The notes below the pieces were generated by a model. The model searched no databases. It saw only the letters and a list, made by a program, of their open reading frames with translations, and was not told where the DNA came from. From assembly GCA_040767225.1 (NCBI GenBank), contig JAXGOY010000002.1, positions 17,410 through 81,409 of the forward strand: a stretch of 64,000 nucleotides of DNA, given 5' to 3'. This document shows, in pieces, positions 36,909-46,359 of this stretch (position 1 is its first letter; each line of letters opens with the position of its first letter). A program made the position numbers and the translations under genes. Source of the DNA: Candidatus Dojkabacteria bacterium (lineage in GTDB: Bacteria; Patescibacteriota; Dojkabacteria; SC72).

Positions 36909-37871
36909 TTATTTACACCCCGTGTCTTTATCGATAAGGGAGCTATTTATTTCCTTTTCATAATTTAATATAAATGTCGCATTAGAGATTTCCAGAGGCG
37001 ATAATTTGTTTTCACTATATTCAGGATCAATTTTATACCAGGGCAATTTATCAAAATAACAAGATAGGTCTTGGTGAACAAATTCCCTTCCATGGCGAGC
37101 GTAAATTTCATTTCTTGCTATCTTCAATTGCCATTCGGTTAATCCAGTTAAATCTTCTCTGGTAATAGATCTGGAATTGGAAAAAGGTAAAATAAATCCT
37201 TCTTCATCTGGGGCTTGAGATAATTCTGTATCCATTGGCGGAGTAGGCTCAACAGAAGGACGGTTAAAAGTTGAGGTGATCGCAATCTCTTCTTTGGGAT
37301 CAATTCTAATCTCAATTTTTGTTGAGCCATATTTATTATTGACCTCATTAGTAACATTGAGATCGGCTCTAAAATCGGCTTGTGCGATGTATAAAAATCC
37401 TCCCGATTTATCAGTGGCCATACCGCTAGGACCTAATTCCCAGTTATTAAGATCAACTAACTCTTCATAATATTTATAAGCAGTAGTCACTGAGTCATTT
37501 GTATAGAGAACTAAATCAAAATCATCATCGGCCTGTTCGCTTATAGTATTAGGATAATAAAAAGCTTGTTTAATAATTTCTTCTTTTGTTAAGGGTTTTG
37601 ATGTCGGAGATTCTGTTTCCTCGATTTTGATTACAGTTTTATCTTGGTTTTGAATATCTTTCTCAGTTAAAGAATTTTTACTATTTTGAAGTTTTGACCC
37701 TATCAATACTAAAATAGTTAAAATAATTAATAATCCTACTCCTAATATGATAAATGTCGCTAAACTATCCTTTGACTTTTTTACTGGTTGTCTGTTTACC
37801 AAGTCCTCTGATGATTTTTGATTATCTATCTCAATCTTTTCATTTTTGTTTTTATTTATTTGTTCTTCCAT
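36909..37871 (-). CDS. Membrane-anchored YARHG-domain protein
   Basis: 320 aa. N-terminal TM. C-terminal motif IARNEIYARHGREFVHQDLSCYFDKLPWYKIDP carries the eponymous YARHG signature. Codon usage is visibly more G/C-rich than neighbours (cgg, gcg, ggc codons). Confidence 0.55.
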   Translation of the reverse strand: MEEQINKNKNEKIEIDNQKSSEDLVNRQPVKKSKDSLATFIILGVGLLIILTILVLIGSKLQNSKNSLTEKDIQNQDKTVIKIEETESPTSKPLTKEEIIKQAFYYPNTISEQADDDFDLVLYTNDSVTTAYKYYEELVDLNNWELGPSGMATDKSGGFLYIAQADFRADLNVTNEVNNKYGSTKIEIRIDPKEEIAITSTFNRPSVEPTPPMDTELSQAPDEEGFILPFSNSRSITREDLTGLTEWQLKIARNEIYARHGREFVHQDLSCYFDKLPWYKIDPEYSENKLSPLEISNATFILNYEKEINSSLIDKDTGCK

Positions 37872-37883
37872 ATATTTTTAAAA

Positions 37884-38422
37884 AATAATTAATATCAAAA
37901 GAAAATCTATCAAATAAGCTATTAACAATTAGCTTTAGTGCTTCCTGGAAAAAGTAGGGATTTATTAGATAAATTGCAACTAAAGATCCTATAGCAATAA
38001 TTATCGAAAGCCATTTAGTATACTTACCACGAGTTCTAAAAATTAAAATTGTTGATAAAGTTGCTTAGCAAAAGAGGGCCAAGATCTTAATATCACCTAA
38101 TGGCAACGTATAACCAGCGATATATTTCTCTTCTGCTCCAAAAAATCCCGCCAAATCAAAATTAACATTGAATATAATTAAAAATATCTCCAGAACCAAG
38201 ATAACTAAAAGCAAAATCGAGCTAAATTTAGTTGAAGCTCCTTCTTGGGTGCGGATAGCCTGTAGATTGTTGTCGGTAGTAAAAAAAACAAAATCCACAA
38301 GGATTTTTAGTTGCTAATCCGGCAAAAGCCCCTATTATTGCAATAATAGTTACTAGTGTGCAAACGCCAGCGGGATTTAATGAATCTAAGCTAAATTTTG
38401 CTTTGTCTTGAGAGTTATCCAT
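37884..38422 (-). pseudogene. Fragmented membrane-protein gene (at least three frame pieces)
   Basis: Minus-strand pieces MDNSQDKAKF...AIIGAFAGLA / ...FFTTDNNLQAIRTQ...LLLVILVLEIFLIIF... / ATLSTILIFRTRGKYTKWLSIIIAIGSLVAIYL... lie in different frames. One break coincides with an A8 homopolymer (38281-38288). Confidence 0.45.
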
Positions 38423-38461
38423 AAATTAATAAAATTTATAATTTATAAACTTCTAAGGGTG

Positions 38462-38908
38462 CTACTCTATATCAGAGCCAAGCTCTCTCATTTTTTCTTT
38501 AATTTTTTCATAAACCTCATCATCTCCAACTCTATCGTCACAATATTCATTAAAATAATCAGATTCACCGTCTACCCCATATTTTTTCTCTAACTCTTCC
38601 ATCTTTTTGCTATATTCTAATATCATAGGATCTGCAAGATCTGATTCTGCTATACGAAAAGCGTAAGCTAGTATTTCAATACAGGCCTCATCACTTATAT
38701 TCCCTGTATTGGGAGTTTTCGTTTCATTAGAAGTAGTATTGGGTGATTCGTCAGAATCTTCTTCGGTCGAAGTTATTGGGAGATTATTATTTTTTTCTGG
38801 ATCATAATCGATGTTTTTTTTAAATAAAAAGTCACTTTGATAAATAAATAATAAAATACATATAACTATTAATACGCCTATCAAAAAAATAATATTTTTT
38901 TTACTCAT
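38462..38908 (-). CDS. Hypothetical secreted/membrane-anchored acidic protein
   Basis: 148 aa. N-terminal TM, Ser/Thr/Asn-rich linker, Cys-containing acidic C-terminus. Intact ORF. Confidence 0.35.
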   Translation of the reverse strand: MSKKNIIFLIGVLIVICILLFIYQSDFLFKKNIDYDPEKNNNLPITSTEEDSDESPNTTSNETKTPNTGNISDEACIEILAYAFRIAESDLADPMILEYSKKMEELEKKYGVDGESDYFNEYCDDRVGDDEVYEKIKEKMRELGSDIE

Positions 38909-38984
38909 ATCGTAATGTATTTAATTAGTAAATTACTACCCTAAATACTAGTATAATATAAAAAATATTTTTATCAAATCATAC

Positions 38985-39460
38985 TTAAAAAATGTTAATT
39001 ATTACAATAACAAAGAGATAATCTCTAAGTATCATGTCTTCAATTTCTTCTCTATTCATATATCCTTCTTTTTCTAAACAACTATTTAAAGGAACAATTA
39101 AATGATCGATGAAAGTCATCCCCGTCATGAGTAACCTTTGTAATAGTATTAAATTTGTTAATGATTGACAAAATAGCTTACGCTTGGTGCGCAATGCAAA
39201 GAAGTTAAAAGTCCACCAGAAATTAGAAAATTTTTTACTTGAATTGCTTGAAGTATTTTACCACCTATGAGAAGATCTTCCTTTTTAAAAGCATCGGGAG
39301 AATTTGACTCTATCGTCGTTACTGCCACCTGAAGCTTGAATTTTTGTTATTGTTCCATCTGGATTTTTAATTTAATTGTCCTATCTTTCTTTTTCTCTTT
39401 CTTGATTTTTGGTTTTATGGGAAGACTAAAATAAACTGCGGGATATTGCTTAAATTTGCC
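38985..39460 (-). pseudogene. Fragmented ORF remnants (unknown function)
   Basis: Minus-strand translation gives ...IQVKNFLISGGLLTSLHCAPSVSYFVNH(stop) and, in another frame, ...SLTNLILLQRLLMTGMTFIDHLIVPLNSCLEKEGYMNREEIEDMILRDYL. The pieces look like one gene split by indels. Confidence 0.3.
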
Positions 39461-39464
39461 TATT

Positions 39465-40091
39465 TCATATTTTATATTTGATGTTTGGGCACTTTTTATC
39501 ATTTGAGCGAGCTTCTTTCATCATTTCTAATATTTTATTTATATTTTCTGTGCTATTCCCTTGTTTTTTCATTTCCTCCACTATTAAAGGATTTGTAAAT
39601 GCTTCTTCAATAGTCATATTATTTGGCGCACCCGGTATCGGTGTTCCTGCCAAACCTTTGGTAAATTGAGTTGCAAGATTTTCCAGCGCTTGAGAGGCAA
39701 CTTTCTCTTCTTTATAATTTATTACAGATATGTCTGTAATATGGTCATATTCTCGGAAAAACTTTATTTACATTATCTCTCATATCTTGAATATCTTTAA
39801 CGGTAAGTTGGGTTATCAGTCCTGTTTGAACGGCAAAAGTCATTGCATCATAAAAATCAGCCATTTTGCCTTTTTTTGTGATAATTCCAAAGGTTGAGTA
39901 GTTTCTGTTATATTGCCTCTTACTTCTGTTTTAATAATTTTGTTTCTTTCTCCTTTTCCAAGATCCATAAAAACTTCGGGATTTAAGTGTCCTAATTTAA
40001 AAATTAACTGCTGTTTATTTATCATTTCGTCAAGCACTTTCCACCTTTTAGTATCTATAATCTTTTCAATTTTTATGTCTTTTTTTATCAT
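39465..40091 (-). pseudogene. Frameshifted gene, about 210 aa if restored (unknown function)
   Basis: Three consecutive minus-strand frame pieces read contiguously: MIKKDIKIEK...SQKKAK / KKGKMADFYDAMTFAVQTGLITQLTVKDIQDMRDNVNKVF / EYDHITDISVINYKEEKVASQALENLATQFTKGLAGTPIPGAPNNMTIEE...KKCPNIKYKI. Breaks fall at an A7-8 run and a T5 run. Confidence 0.45.
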
Positions 40092-40098
40092 ATTTTTA

Positions 40099-40316
40099 TT
40101 TAATTAAATCATCGACACCAATACCTAGACCTTTAGCTATTTTCATAACCGTTTGAATTGAAGGTTTGTTATTACATTTGTTTCAATTTTAGTTAGTGTT
40201 GTATAGGGGAGATCGGATTTTCTCCCCAATTCATCTTGCATTAATCCCTGCTTATTTCTTAGCAGTTTTATCTTATTCTCAATTGTTTCGTTCTTTTTCT
40301 GACTTTTTATAGCTTC
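40099..40316 (-). pseudogene. XRE-family helix-turn-helix regulator with lost start codon and a 1-nt frameshift
   Basis: Minus strand reads (A)IKSQKKNETIENKIKLLRNKQGLMQDELGRKSDLPYTTLTKIETNVITNLQFKRL(stop). The +1 frame continues NPSIQTVMKIAKGLGIGVDDLIK(stop). Restoring one C in aacc(c)ttca gives a canonical HTH_3 protein. Expected ATG reads ATA (gct ata aaa). Confidence 0.6.
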
Positions 40317-40430
40317 CTAAGTATGATAACAATAATATGGATGCTTGTCTAACTCCTCATAAAATATAATTCTTGGATATAAAGTATTTTTATGATTTCT
40401 ATTCAAAGGTTTAGTATAGGAAGAAGAGTA

Positions 40431-40453
40431 TTAAGTTTTATATCTGAAAGTGT
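40431..40453 (+). repeat. Direct repeat copy 1 (TTAAG-N4-TATCTGAAAGTGT). Copy 2 lies at 41179-41203, five nt from the tRNA-Ser 3' end.
   Basis: ttaagttttatatctgaaagtgt at 40431-40453 versus tttaagctcatatctgaaagtgt at 41179-41203. A 13-nt perfect core plus the TTAAG. Confidence 0.5.
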
Positions 40454-40519
40454 ATCCTTCCATTGTTGAGTTGCCACACTTCAGGTGGTAGAATTCACCA
40501 TTAATTTAATTCTATTTTA

Positions 40520-41123
40520 ATGTCAATAGAATTTGATTCAAAAGGAGATACAACCTATCAAGAAATAACTAACGATATAAAAGAGAATGGATACTATTCT
40601 CTACCTGCAGGATCTGTTATAGATGTTAAAATCACTACGGGAAACCAACAGAGATTCCCATTCTTGACATAAATAAAAATCAGACAGGAAAGATCGCAGA
40701 AAGTTATGATGATATTGATACCAAACAACTTAACCAGTTCCAAATAAGACAAGAATTGATGCTGGGGAGTGTTGTATCACATGATTTCCTAACAGGAGAA
40801 ACAGAACTTACGATTACTTCTCCAGAACTTGTTGATTTTGAAAAGAGGAGAAACGAATGGTATGCTAATTTAGCAAAAAGATATAAAATTTCAGATGATT
40901 ATATTGACGAAGAGCATGGGGAGAAAAATACTGGTCCTGTAGATATATCTTTATATATTAAGGATTATCCTAAAATAGCAGATGAAATACTTAGGAAGAG
41001 AGGTCTACAATAGAAAGAGATAGATTGCAGAGAGAAGCTGAAATTGAGTTTATAAAAACTTATGGGATCTCAATACCAGAAGATAAAACTCTGTTAAGAG
41101 TTTCTGCTATTATTAAAAGCTAA
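40520..41123 (+). pseudogene. Three-piece frameshifted gene, about 195 aa if restored (unknown function)
   Basis: Piece 1: MSIEFDSKGDTTYQEITNDIKENGYYSLPAGSVIDVKITTGNQQRFPFLT(stop). Piece 2 in another frame: ...NKNQTGKIAESYDDIDTKQLNQFQIRQELMLGSVVSHDF...ILRKRGLQ(stop). Piece 3 in a third frame: ERDRLQREAEIEFIKTYGISIPEDKTLLRVSAIIKS(stop). Confidence 0.5.
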
Positions 41124-41207
41124 GTAATAAACAAAGGTAATTTAGATAGAAAGTAAGAAGTTTTAGACCTATTTCTATTTTAAGCTCATATCTGAAAGTG
41201 TTGTCAA

Positions 41208-41294
41208 CGGAGAGAGTGGGATTCGAACCCACGGTACGATTTCTCATACGCACGCTCTCCAAGCGTGTCCTTTCGACCGCTCAGGCATCTCTCC
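41208..41294 (-). tRNA. tRNA-Ser (anticodon GGA), class II
   Basis: GGAGAGA-TG-CCTG-AGCGGTCGAA-AGG-A-CACGC-TTGGAGA-GCGTG-(long variable arm)-GTGGG-TTCGAAT-CCCAC-TCTCTCC-G. Confidence 0.8.
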
Positions 41295-41371
41295 TGGTGT
41301 ACCCGGCCGGAATCGAACCGGCAACCTACTGCTTAGAAGGCAATTGCTCTATCCGATTGAGCTACGGGTAC
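41295..41371 (-). tRNA. tRNA-Arg (anticodon UCU)
   Basis: GTACCCG-TA-GCTC-AATCGGATA-GAGC-A-ATTGC-CTTCTAA-GCAGT-AGGTT-GCCGG-TTCGATT-CCGGC-CGGGTAC-A-CCA. Directly abuts the tRNA-Ser above. Confidence 0.85.
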
Positions 41372-41414
41372 ATAAACATCGTATTCTATCAATATTTTTG
41401 ATTAAAATAAAGGA

Positions 41415-43292
41415 TTAATCCCCCTCCTGAGTAACCTCTACCTCTTTAATTTCTATTAACACACCCCCCTTTCTATCAGGAAATCTCTTTAAGAATGTAG
41501 GATATTTCTCAGGATAAAATACAGCATCAGGCTTCTTCTCTCCAAACTGTAAACTACTTAAATACTCAATACCCTCTTTCCATCCCATACCCATTAAATC
41601 TTGTGCAATCTTATCTTTATTTACCTTAGGTTTAACAGTAGTACTAGCAATAATCTTAATCTTAACTACATCCTTTTTAGCCTCAACAACAGATATATCG
41701 ATTTTAATATCATCATTAAGCTCTAAATCAAGATCATTCTCACTATCAAACAACTTCTCATCCTCAGCCTTCTTCTTAAGAAGCTCTTTTACCTTATCGT
41801 TAAGATTGTGCTTATTGTAATATGTTGCAGAACCCTTTACAGTAAGATCTAAATTAACATCAATTGCCTCCTCCCCCACCTTTTTATCTGTTTTAATACT
41901 TGTTTTATCAACAGCACTAAGTATAGTATCCTCTATAATTACCCAATCACCAGATACCTCTCTTAACTCTGACTTTATTTCCTCAATTGCAGTAGAACTT
42001 AACTCCTCTACCCCCTTATCTATATCTCCCTGTGAAAGAACAGGATATTCATCCTTAGTACCTCCTGAAATAAGGGTAGTATTTTTACCAAAGATTTCTG
42101 TATGCCCTTGTATTGTAAAGCTTTTATTTAAGGTTGATATATTATATTCTCGGCCAAAGTTAGTTGCTATAATAGAGGCCTCTTTTCCTGACAAAGCCTC
42201 ATCACACTTTATAGTAACTCCATCTTTTAATTCATATACCAATGTTTTACCATCAATTGTTGTGGATAAAGTATGGCCAGCCTCAAGTGTAATCGGTTGT
42301 GTTTCTTCTGTGCAATCTTCTGAGAAAAATATATTTATCTTCCCCTCTGCCTTTTCTCCTTTGTATGCCTTTCCTGTTGCAGTAATAGTGGTAGATAGAC
42401 TCTTACTCTTCTCTTCTGTTTTAATTGGTATCTTAGAATTTTCAAAATCTATCTCCTCTATATTCTTGTCTCCTGATAATACTGTTTCAATTTTAACAGG
42501 CTTTGACTCAACAAATATTTTTACTTTTACAAATGTAGCAAAATGATTGTAAAGAATCCCACCTATTATTAATAAAGCAAAGAGAGGAATGACAACCCTT
42601 AAGAAAGTTTTTGATATTTTCTTTTTACCAGTAGTAGTAATAACATCTTTATTTTGTTTAAAAGGTGGTTTAAATTTAAAGAATTTTGGTCTTACTTTTT
42701 TAGATTCACTCTGAATACTTTCAGTAACTACATCTTTTTCTATTTTAGGAATATCTTGGTCAATTGAAATAAAGGGAGAGGGAGTTTTAAGACCCCTCCT
42801 ATCCACATATTGACTCATACTATCTTCTTTTGGAGGTTCAGTTTTTTTAACTTCTTCTTCACTTGCCTTTTCTATAACACTTTCCACTTTTTCTTCAAAA
42901 GCTTTACTTTCACTTTCTTTAATAGCAGAAATGTTTTTTAAAGTTTTCTTTCTTTCAAGCTGTTCTTTTTTCTTTTTTTCTAACATTTCAGCTGCCTCTT
43001 CCCAATCCTCAGGTGTAGGATTAGATGGGGTATCTATTGCTTTAATTCCTGCCAAAAGAGAGTTCCTAATACCTGTTGGATTCTGAATTATTTGAGTTAT
43101 GAGGAGTTTTCCCTCTCTTTCTGCTGTTTCATTTAAGACTTTTAGATTAATAGGGCTTATTAAAATATCTGAGTGTTCTGTAAATGTAAGAATTATTCTT
43201 TCTGCATTGCTTTTATGAATAGCTCTGACTAAATCAGTTAGCTCATGAGATGGTTCTACTACTATTTTTTCTATAATTGTATTGTCTTCCAT
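41415..43292 (-). CDS. Bitopic hypothetical protein: about 215-aa cytoplasmic N-domain, coiled-coil/Lys-Glu-rich linker, one TM, about 380-aa extracytoplasmic C-domain
   Basis: 625 aa. TM VVIPLFALLIIGGILYNHF near residue 225. Start overlaps the stop of the upstream actin-like ATPase gene, so operon-like. Confidence 0.35.
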   Translation of the reverse strand: MEDNTIIEKIVVEPSHELTDLVRAIHKSNAERIILTFTEHSDILISPINLKVLNETAEREGKLLITQIIQNPTGIRNSLLAGIKAIDTPSNPTPEDWEEAAEMLEKKKKEQLERKKTLKNISAIKESESKAFEEKVESVIEKASEEEVKKTEPPKEDSMSQYVDRRGLKTPSPFISIDQDIPKIEKDVVTESIQSESKKVRPKFFKFKPPFKQNKDVITTTGKKKISKTFLRVVIPLFALLIIGGILYNHFATFVKVKIFVESKPVKIETVLSGDKNIEEIDFENSKIPIKTEEKSKSLSTTITATGKAYKGEKAEGKINIFFSEDCTEETQPITLEAGHTLSTTIDGKTLVYELKDGVTIKCDEALSGKEASIIATNFGREYNISTLNKSFTIQGHTEIFGKNTTLISGGTKDEYPVLSQGDIDKGVEELSSTAIEEIKSELREVSGDWVIIEDTILSAVDKTSIKTDKKVGEEAIDVNLDLTVKGSATYYNKHNLNDKVKELLKKKAEDEKLFDSENDLDLELNDDIKIDISVVEAKKDVVKIKIIASTTVKPKVNKDKIAQDLMGMGWKEGIEYLSSLQFGEKKPDAVFYPEKYPTFLKRFPDRKGGVLIEIKEVEVTQEGD

Positions 43293-43293
43293 A

Positions 43294-44550
43294 TTATGCT
43301 TCCCAATTTATATTTTTAGTTTTCCTGTCCATTTCCATATCATACAGGAATTTCGCAAGTGAGGCAGGAGTTATATCATATATATATTGTAAATCTCCAC
43401 TATTATCAGTTACAGATCCGAGTAAATCAGGTGTAAACATCTCTATCTTTGGTACAACTGCAATAGGGAGATATCTTTTCCAAGGAAACTCCATTAATGC
43501 ACTTTTAATATCAGGAAGAAGTGCACCGCCTCCACAAAGATATATTTGTGTAGGGAGTGGTCCTGTATCTTCACAGCTTTCAAGAGCAGCTTTTAATGTC
43601 CTCATCCATAGTGTTGCTGTTGTGTACATGGTCTTTTGAACCTGCCTCATTACTTCTTTAGGTAATTCTTTTTGTGAGTATTTTATCTTTCTTAACTCTG
43701 CATGCCTAAAATCAGAATCAGTCAATCTTGCTAATTCTTTTGTAAATACTCTTCCTCCAAATGCAAACATCTGTGTATCTGCAACATTCCCATTCTTAAC
43801 AATTGCTACATCAGTAGTTCCTCCTCCTACATCAAGGAATATTGCTGAGAAATTTGTATTTCTTCCTCCTGAGTGAGCTCTTGCAACTGCAAATGGTTGA
43901 GATACAATACCAAGCACTTCAAAATTAAGAGAGGAAGCAACTTTTCTAAGAGCTTCTGTATATGTTCTTGGAGCAAAAGATGCATAAAAGTTAAGCTTTA
44001 CATTTCTTCCTTTATATCCAACAAGAGAGTTAACAGGCATTCCTCCTATTTCCATCCCTGTTGGTGTTATATGTAGTATCTCTATATCATCATTTTTAAG
44101 ACCTGTTCTTAAACTTAGGTCATCTTTACCTGTTACTGCAATTTGAGATTTTACCTCCTTTATTATTTTCTCCTGCTCTTTTTGTGTTACCTCTTTTTCA
44201 AAATGCTGCTCTCTTTCATAATTAACAACTATTGATACTCCTTGTACATACTCTCCTGCTATACCCATCATTACATATCTTGGGAATTCTTCTGGTTTAA
44301 GATTTGCAAGCAGCTCGTTAATTGAAAGTTTACAGTTCTCAAGAACTGTATCTAAGTTTGTAATTATTCCACTCCTCATTGCATGTTGTTGCTGTTGTAT
44401 TCGTGATACTTTATTTACAGTAACACCATAATCATTCATAGTAAACAGGATGCTTTTTATTGTTTCTGTCCCTATATCAAGTGCAACAATTGGAGTATTT
44501 CCATCAAGAAGGGATTTTCCTAGTGATTTTTTTAATGGCAGTTTTATCAT
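43294..44550 (-). CDS. Actin-fold ATPase of the FtsA/PilM family
   Basis: 418 aa. Phosphate-1 IVALDIGTETIK, phosphate-2 FLDVGGGTTDVAIV, adenosine motif ...IYLCGGGALLPDI..., as in FtsA/PilM/MreB-type proteins. No ftsZ is adjacent. PilN/PilO-like genes sit elsewhere in the window. Confidence 0.55.
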   Translation of the reverse strand: MIKLPLKKSLGKSLLDGNTPIVALDIGTETIKSILFTMNDYGVTVNKVSRIQQQQHAMRSGIITNLDTVLENCKLSINELLANLKPEEFPRYVMMGIAGEYVQGVSIVVNYEREQHFEKEVTQKEQEKIIKEVKSQIAVTGKDDLSLRTGLKNDDIEILHITPTGMEIGGMPVNSLVGYKGRNVKLNFYASFAPRTYTEALRKVASSLNFEVLGIVSQPFAVARAHSGGRNTNFSAIFLDVGGGTTDVAIVKNGNVADTQMFAFGGRVFTKELARLTDSDFRHAELRKIKYSQKELPKEVMRQVQKTMYTTATLWMRTLKAALESCEDTGPLPTQIYLCGGGALLPDIKSALMEFPWKRYLPIAVVPKIEMFTPDLLGSVTDNSGDLQYIYDITPASLAKFLYDMEMDRKTKNINWEA

Positions 44551-44581
44551 ACTTTCTAATTATATCATCAATGCCTATTAA

Positions 44582-46276
44582 TTATACAACAACAATTTGG
44601 ATAATAGGCTCTCTCTCTGTTTTCTTGTATATATATTTGCCAATTTCTTTCTCCATTAAAGATTTAAGTTCACTGTAATCATAGTTGTTGTTTTTCTTAG
44701 AAATGTTCATCCAATCTCTGTGTATATCATATATTATGGTTTTGATTTCTTTAAGAAGCTCTTGAGATTTTTTCATATATATGAATCCTCTAGATACAAA
44801 CTGAGGTTTACCCATTAATCTGTGAGTATTTGCACTTAGGTTGATAACAATTATAAACATACCATACTCTGAAAGCTGTTTTCTGTCTTTTAGAACTATC
44901 TCTCCTGTATCACCTACACCAAGACCATCTATTAAGATAGGCTTGGATTCTACTGAACCATTTTTGTACCAATGTTTTCCGTTAAATGCCCATACTACAC
45001 CATCATCTGTAAGTAAGACATCTTCTTCTTTCATCCCCCATGATATATAGTTCTTTTTATTAAAATACCTAAAAGTAAGAGGACCATGTATTGGCATTAC
45101 AACCTTGGGTTGAATTAAGTCATACATTATTTTCATATCCTCTTGATTCCCATGTCCTGTTGAATGTATTTTTACCTCAATTGTATCTTTAATTAAGTCA
45201 GCACCGAGAGCAATTAGTCTGTCAGTCATTTTTTCAATAGCAGATATATTCTCAGGAATTTCAGATGAAGACATTATTACCAAATCTCCCTTTTTAATCT
45301 TAATATATTTATGTTCATTTAAAGATATTCTGTTTAATGAAGAGAATCTCTCTCCTTGGCTTCCTGTACAAAGAATGAGAAGCTGGTTATCACTATACTT
45401 TTGGATATCTTTTTCTTTAATTACAAGACCTTCTGGAATTTTGATATATCCCTGTTTGGTTGCAATTGATATTGTTTCTTGTAAGCTTCTTCCGGATATT
45501 ACAATTTTTCTGTTTGTCTTCTTCGCTATTTCAAACAAAGCATAAAGTCTTGTTAAAAGAGAAGAGAATGCAGCAACAATTACTCTTCCATTTGCATCTT
45601 TAATAATATTTTCAAGATTAGCAAATATTTCTGTTTCAGAAGGAGCCTTTCCTGTCTTTGATGCATTAGTACTTTCCATTAATGCAAGATCTATTCTTCC
45701 TCTTAATGACCTTAATTTCTCATAATCTGCCTCAAGCTCATTTGTAGGTTGTGTATCTATTTTATAATCCCCAGAGAAAAATACATTTCCTTTGGGAGTT
45801 TCAACAAATATTGAGAAAGCATCAGGAATACTATGATTAATCCCTATAAATGTAACCCTAAAATTCTTTCCAATATTTATTGTGGTATGCCTATCTACCC
45901 CATAAATTTTTGTTTTGTTCTTTAATCCCTCTTCTTCTAATTTATGCTCTATCAAGGCCTTAGCAAAAGAGCCAGCATATATTGGAGGGAAATCTAATTC
46001 TGGTAGCATCCATTTTAGAGCACCTGTGTGATCTAAATGTCCATGAGTTATTAATATCGCTTTTACCTTTTTTTTGTTTTTCTTTAAATATCTAAGATTA
46101 GGTATTAAGTAATCTACCCCATACATTTCTAACCCAGGAAATGAGTATCCTGCATCAACTACAACTATCTCATTATTAACTTCAATGAAGTTACAATTTC
46201 TCCCTATCTCTGTAGTTCCTGATAGTGTACATACTTTGAGATTTTGATTTTTAAATTTGTTTTGTTTTGTTTCCAT
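44582..46276 (-). CDS. rnj: Ribonuclease J (metallo-beta-lactamase / beta-CASP)
   Basis: 564 aa. HGHLDHTGA motif (HxHxDH), beta-CASP region, RNase J C-terminal domain. Confidence 0.85.
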   Translation of the reverse strand: METKQNKFKNQNLKVCTLSGTTEIGRNCNFIEVNNEIVVVDAGYSFPGLEMYGVDYLIPNLRYLKKNKKKVKAILITHGHLDHTGALKWMLPELDFPPIYAGSFAKALIEHKLEEEGLKNKTKIYGVDRHTTINIGKNFRVTFIGINHSIPDAFSIFVETPKGNVFFSGDYKIDTQPTNELEADYEKLRSLRGRIDLALMESTNASKTGKAPSETEIFANLENIIKDANGRVIVAAFSSLLTRLYALFEIAKKTNRKIVISGRSLQETISIATKQGYIKIPEGLVIKEKDIQKYSDNQLLILCTGSQGERFSSLNRISLNEHKYIKIKKGDLVIMSSSEIPENISAIEKMTDRLIALGADLIKDTIEVKIHSTGHGNQEDMKIMYDLIQPKVVMPIHGPLTFRYFNKKNYISWGMKEEDVLLTDDGVVWAFNGKHWYKNGSVESKPILIDGLGVGDTGEIVLKDRKQLSEYGMFIIVINLSANTHRLMGKPQFVSRGFIYMKKSQELLKEIKTIIYDIHRDWMNISKKNNNYDYSELKSLMEKEIGKYIYKKTEREPIIQIVVV

Positions 46277-46359
46277 AATCTCTCATTATACCAGAATACA
46301 TGTAAATTAGATTAAAAGTATGTAAAATTAATAATGGCTGGTATAATACATCAAGAAAA

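Noticed and set aside
36909-41207. Prophage interpretation of the pseudogene island
   Set aside because: No capsid, terminase, portal, tail or integrase homologs are recognisable among the fragments. Only an XRE-type regulator remnant is phage-like, so I describe it as a degraded island of unknown type.
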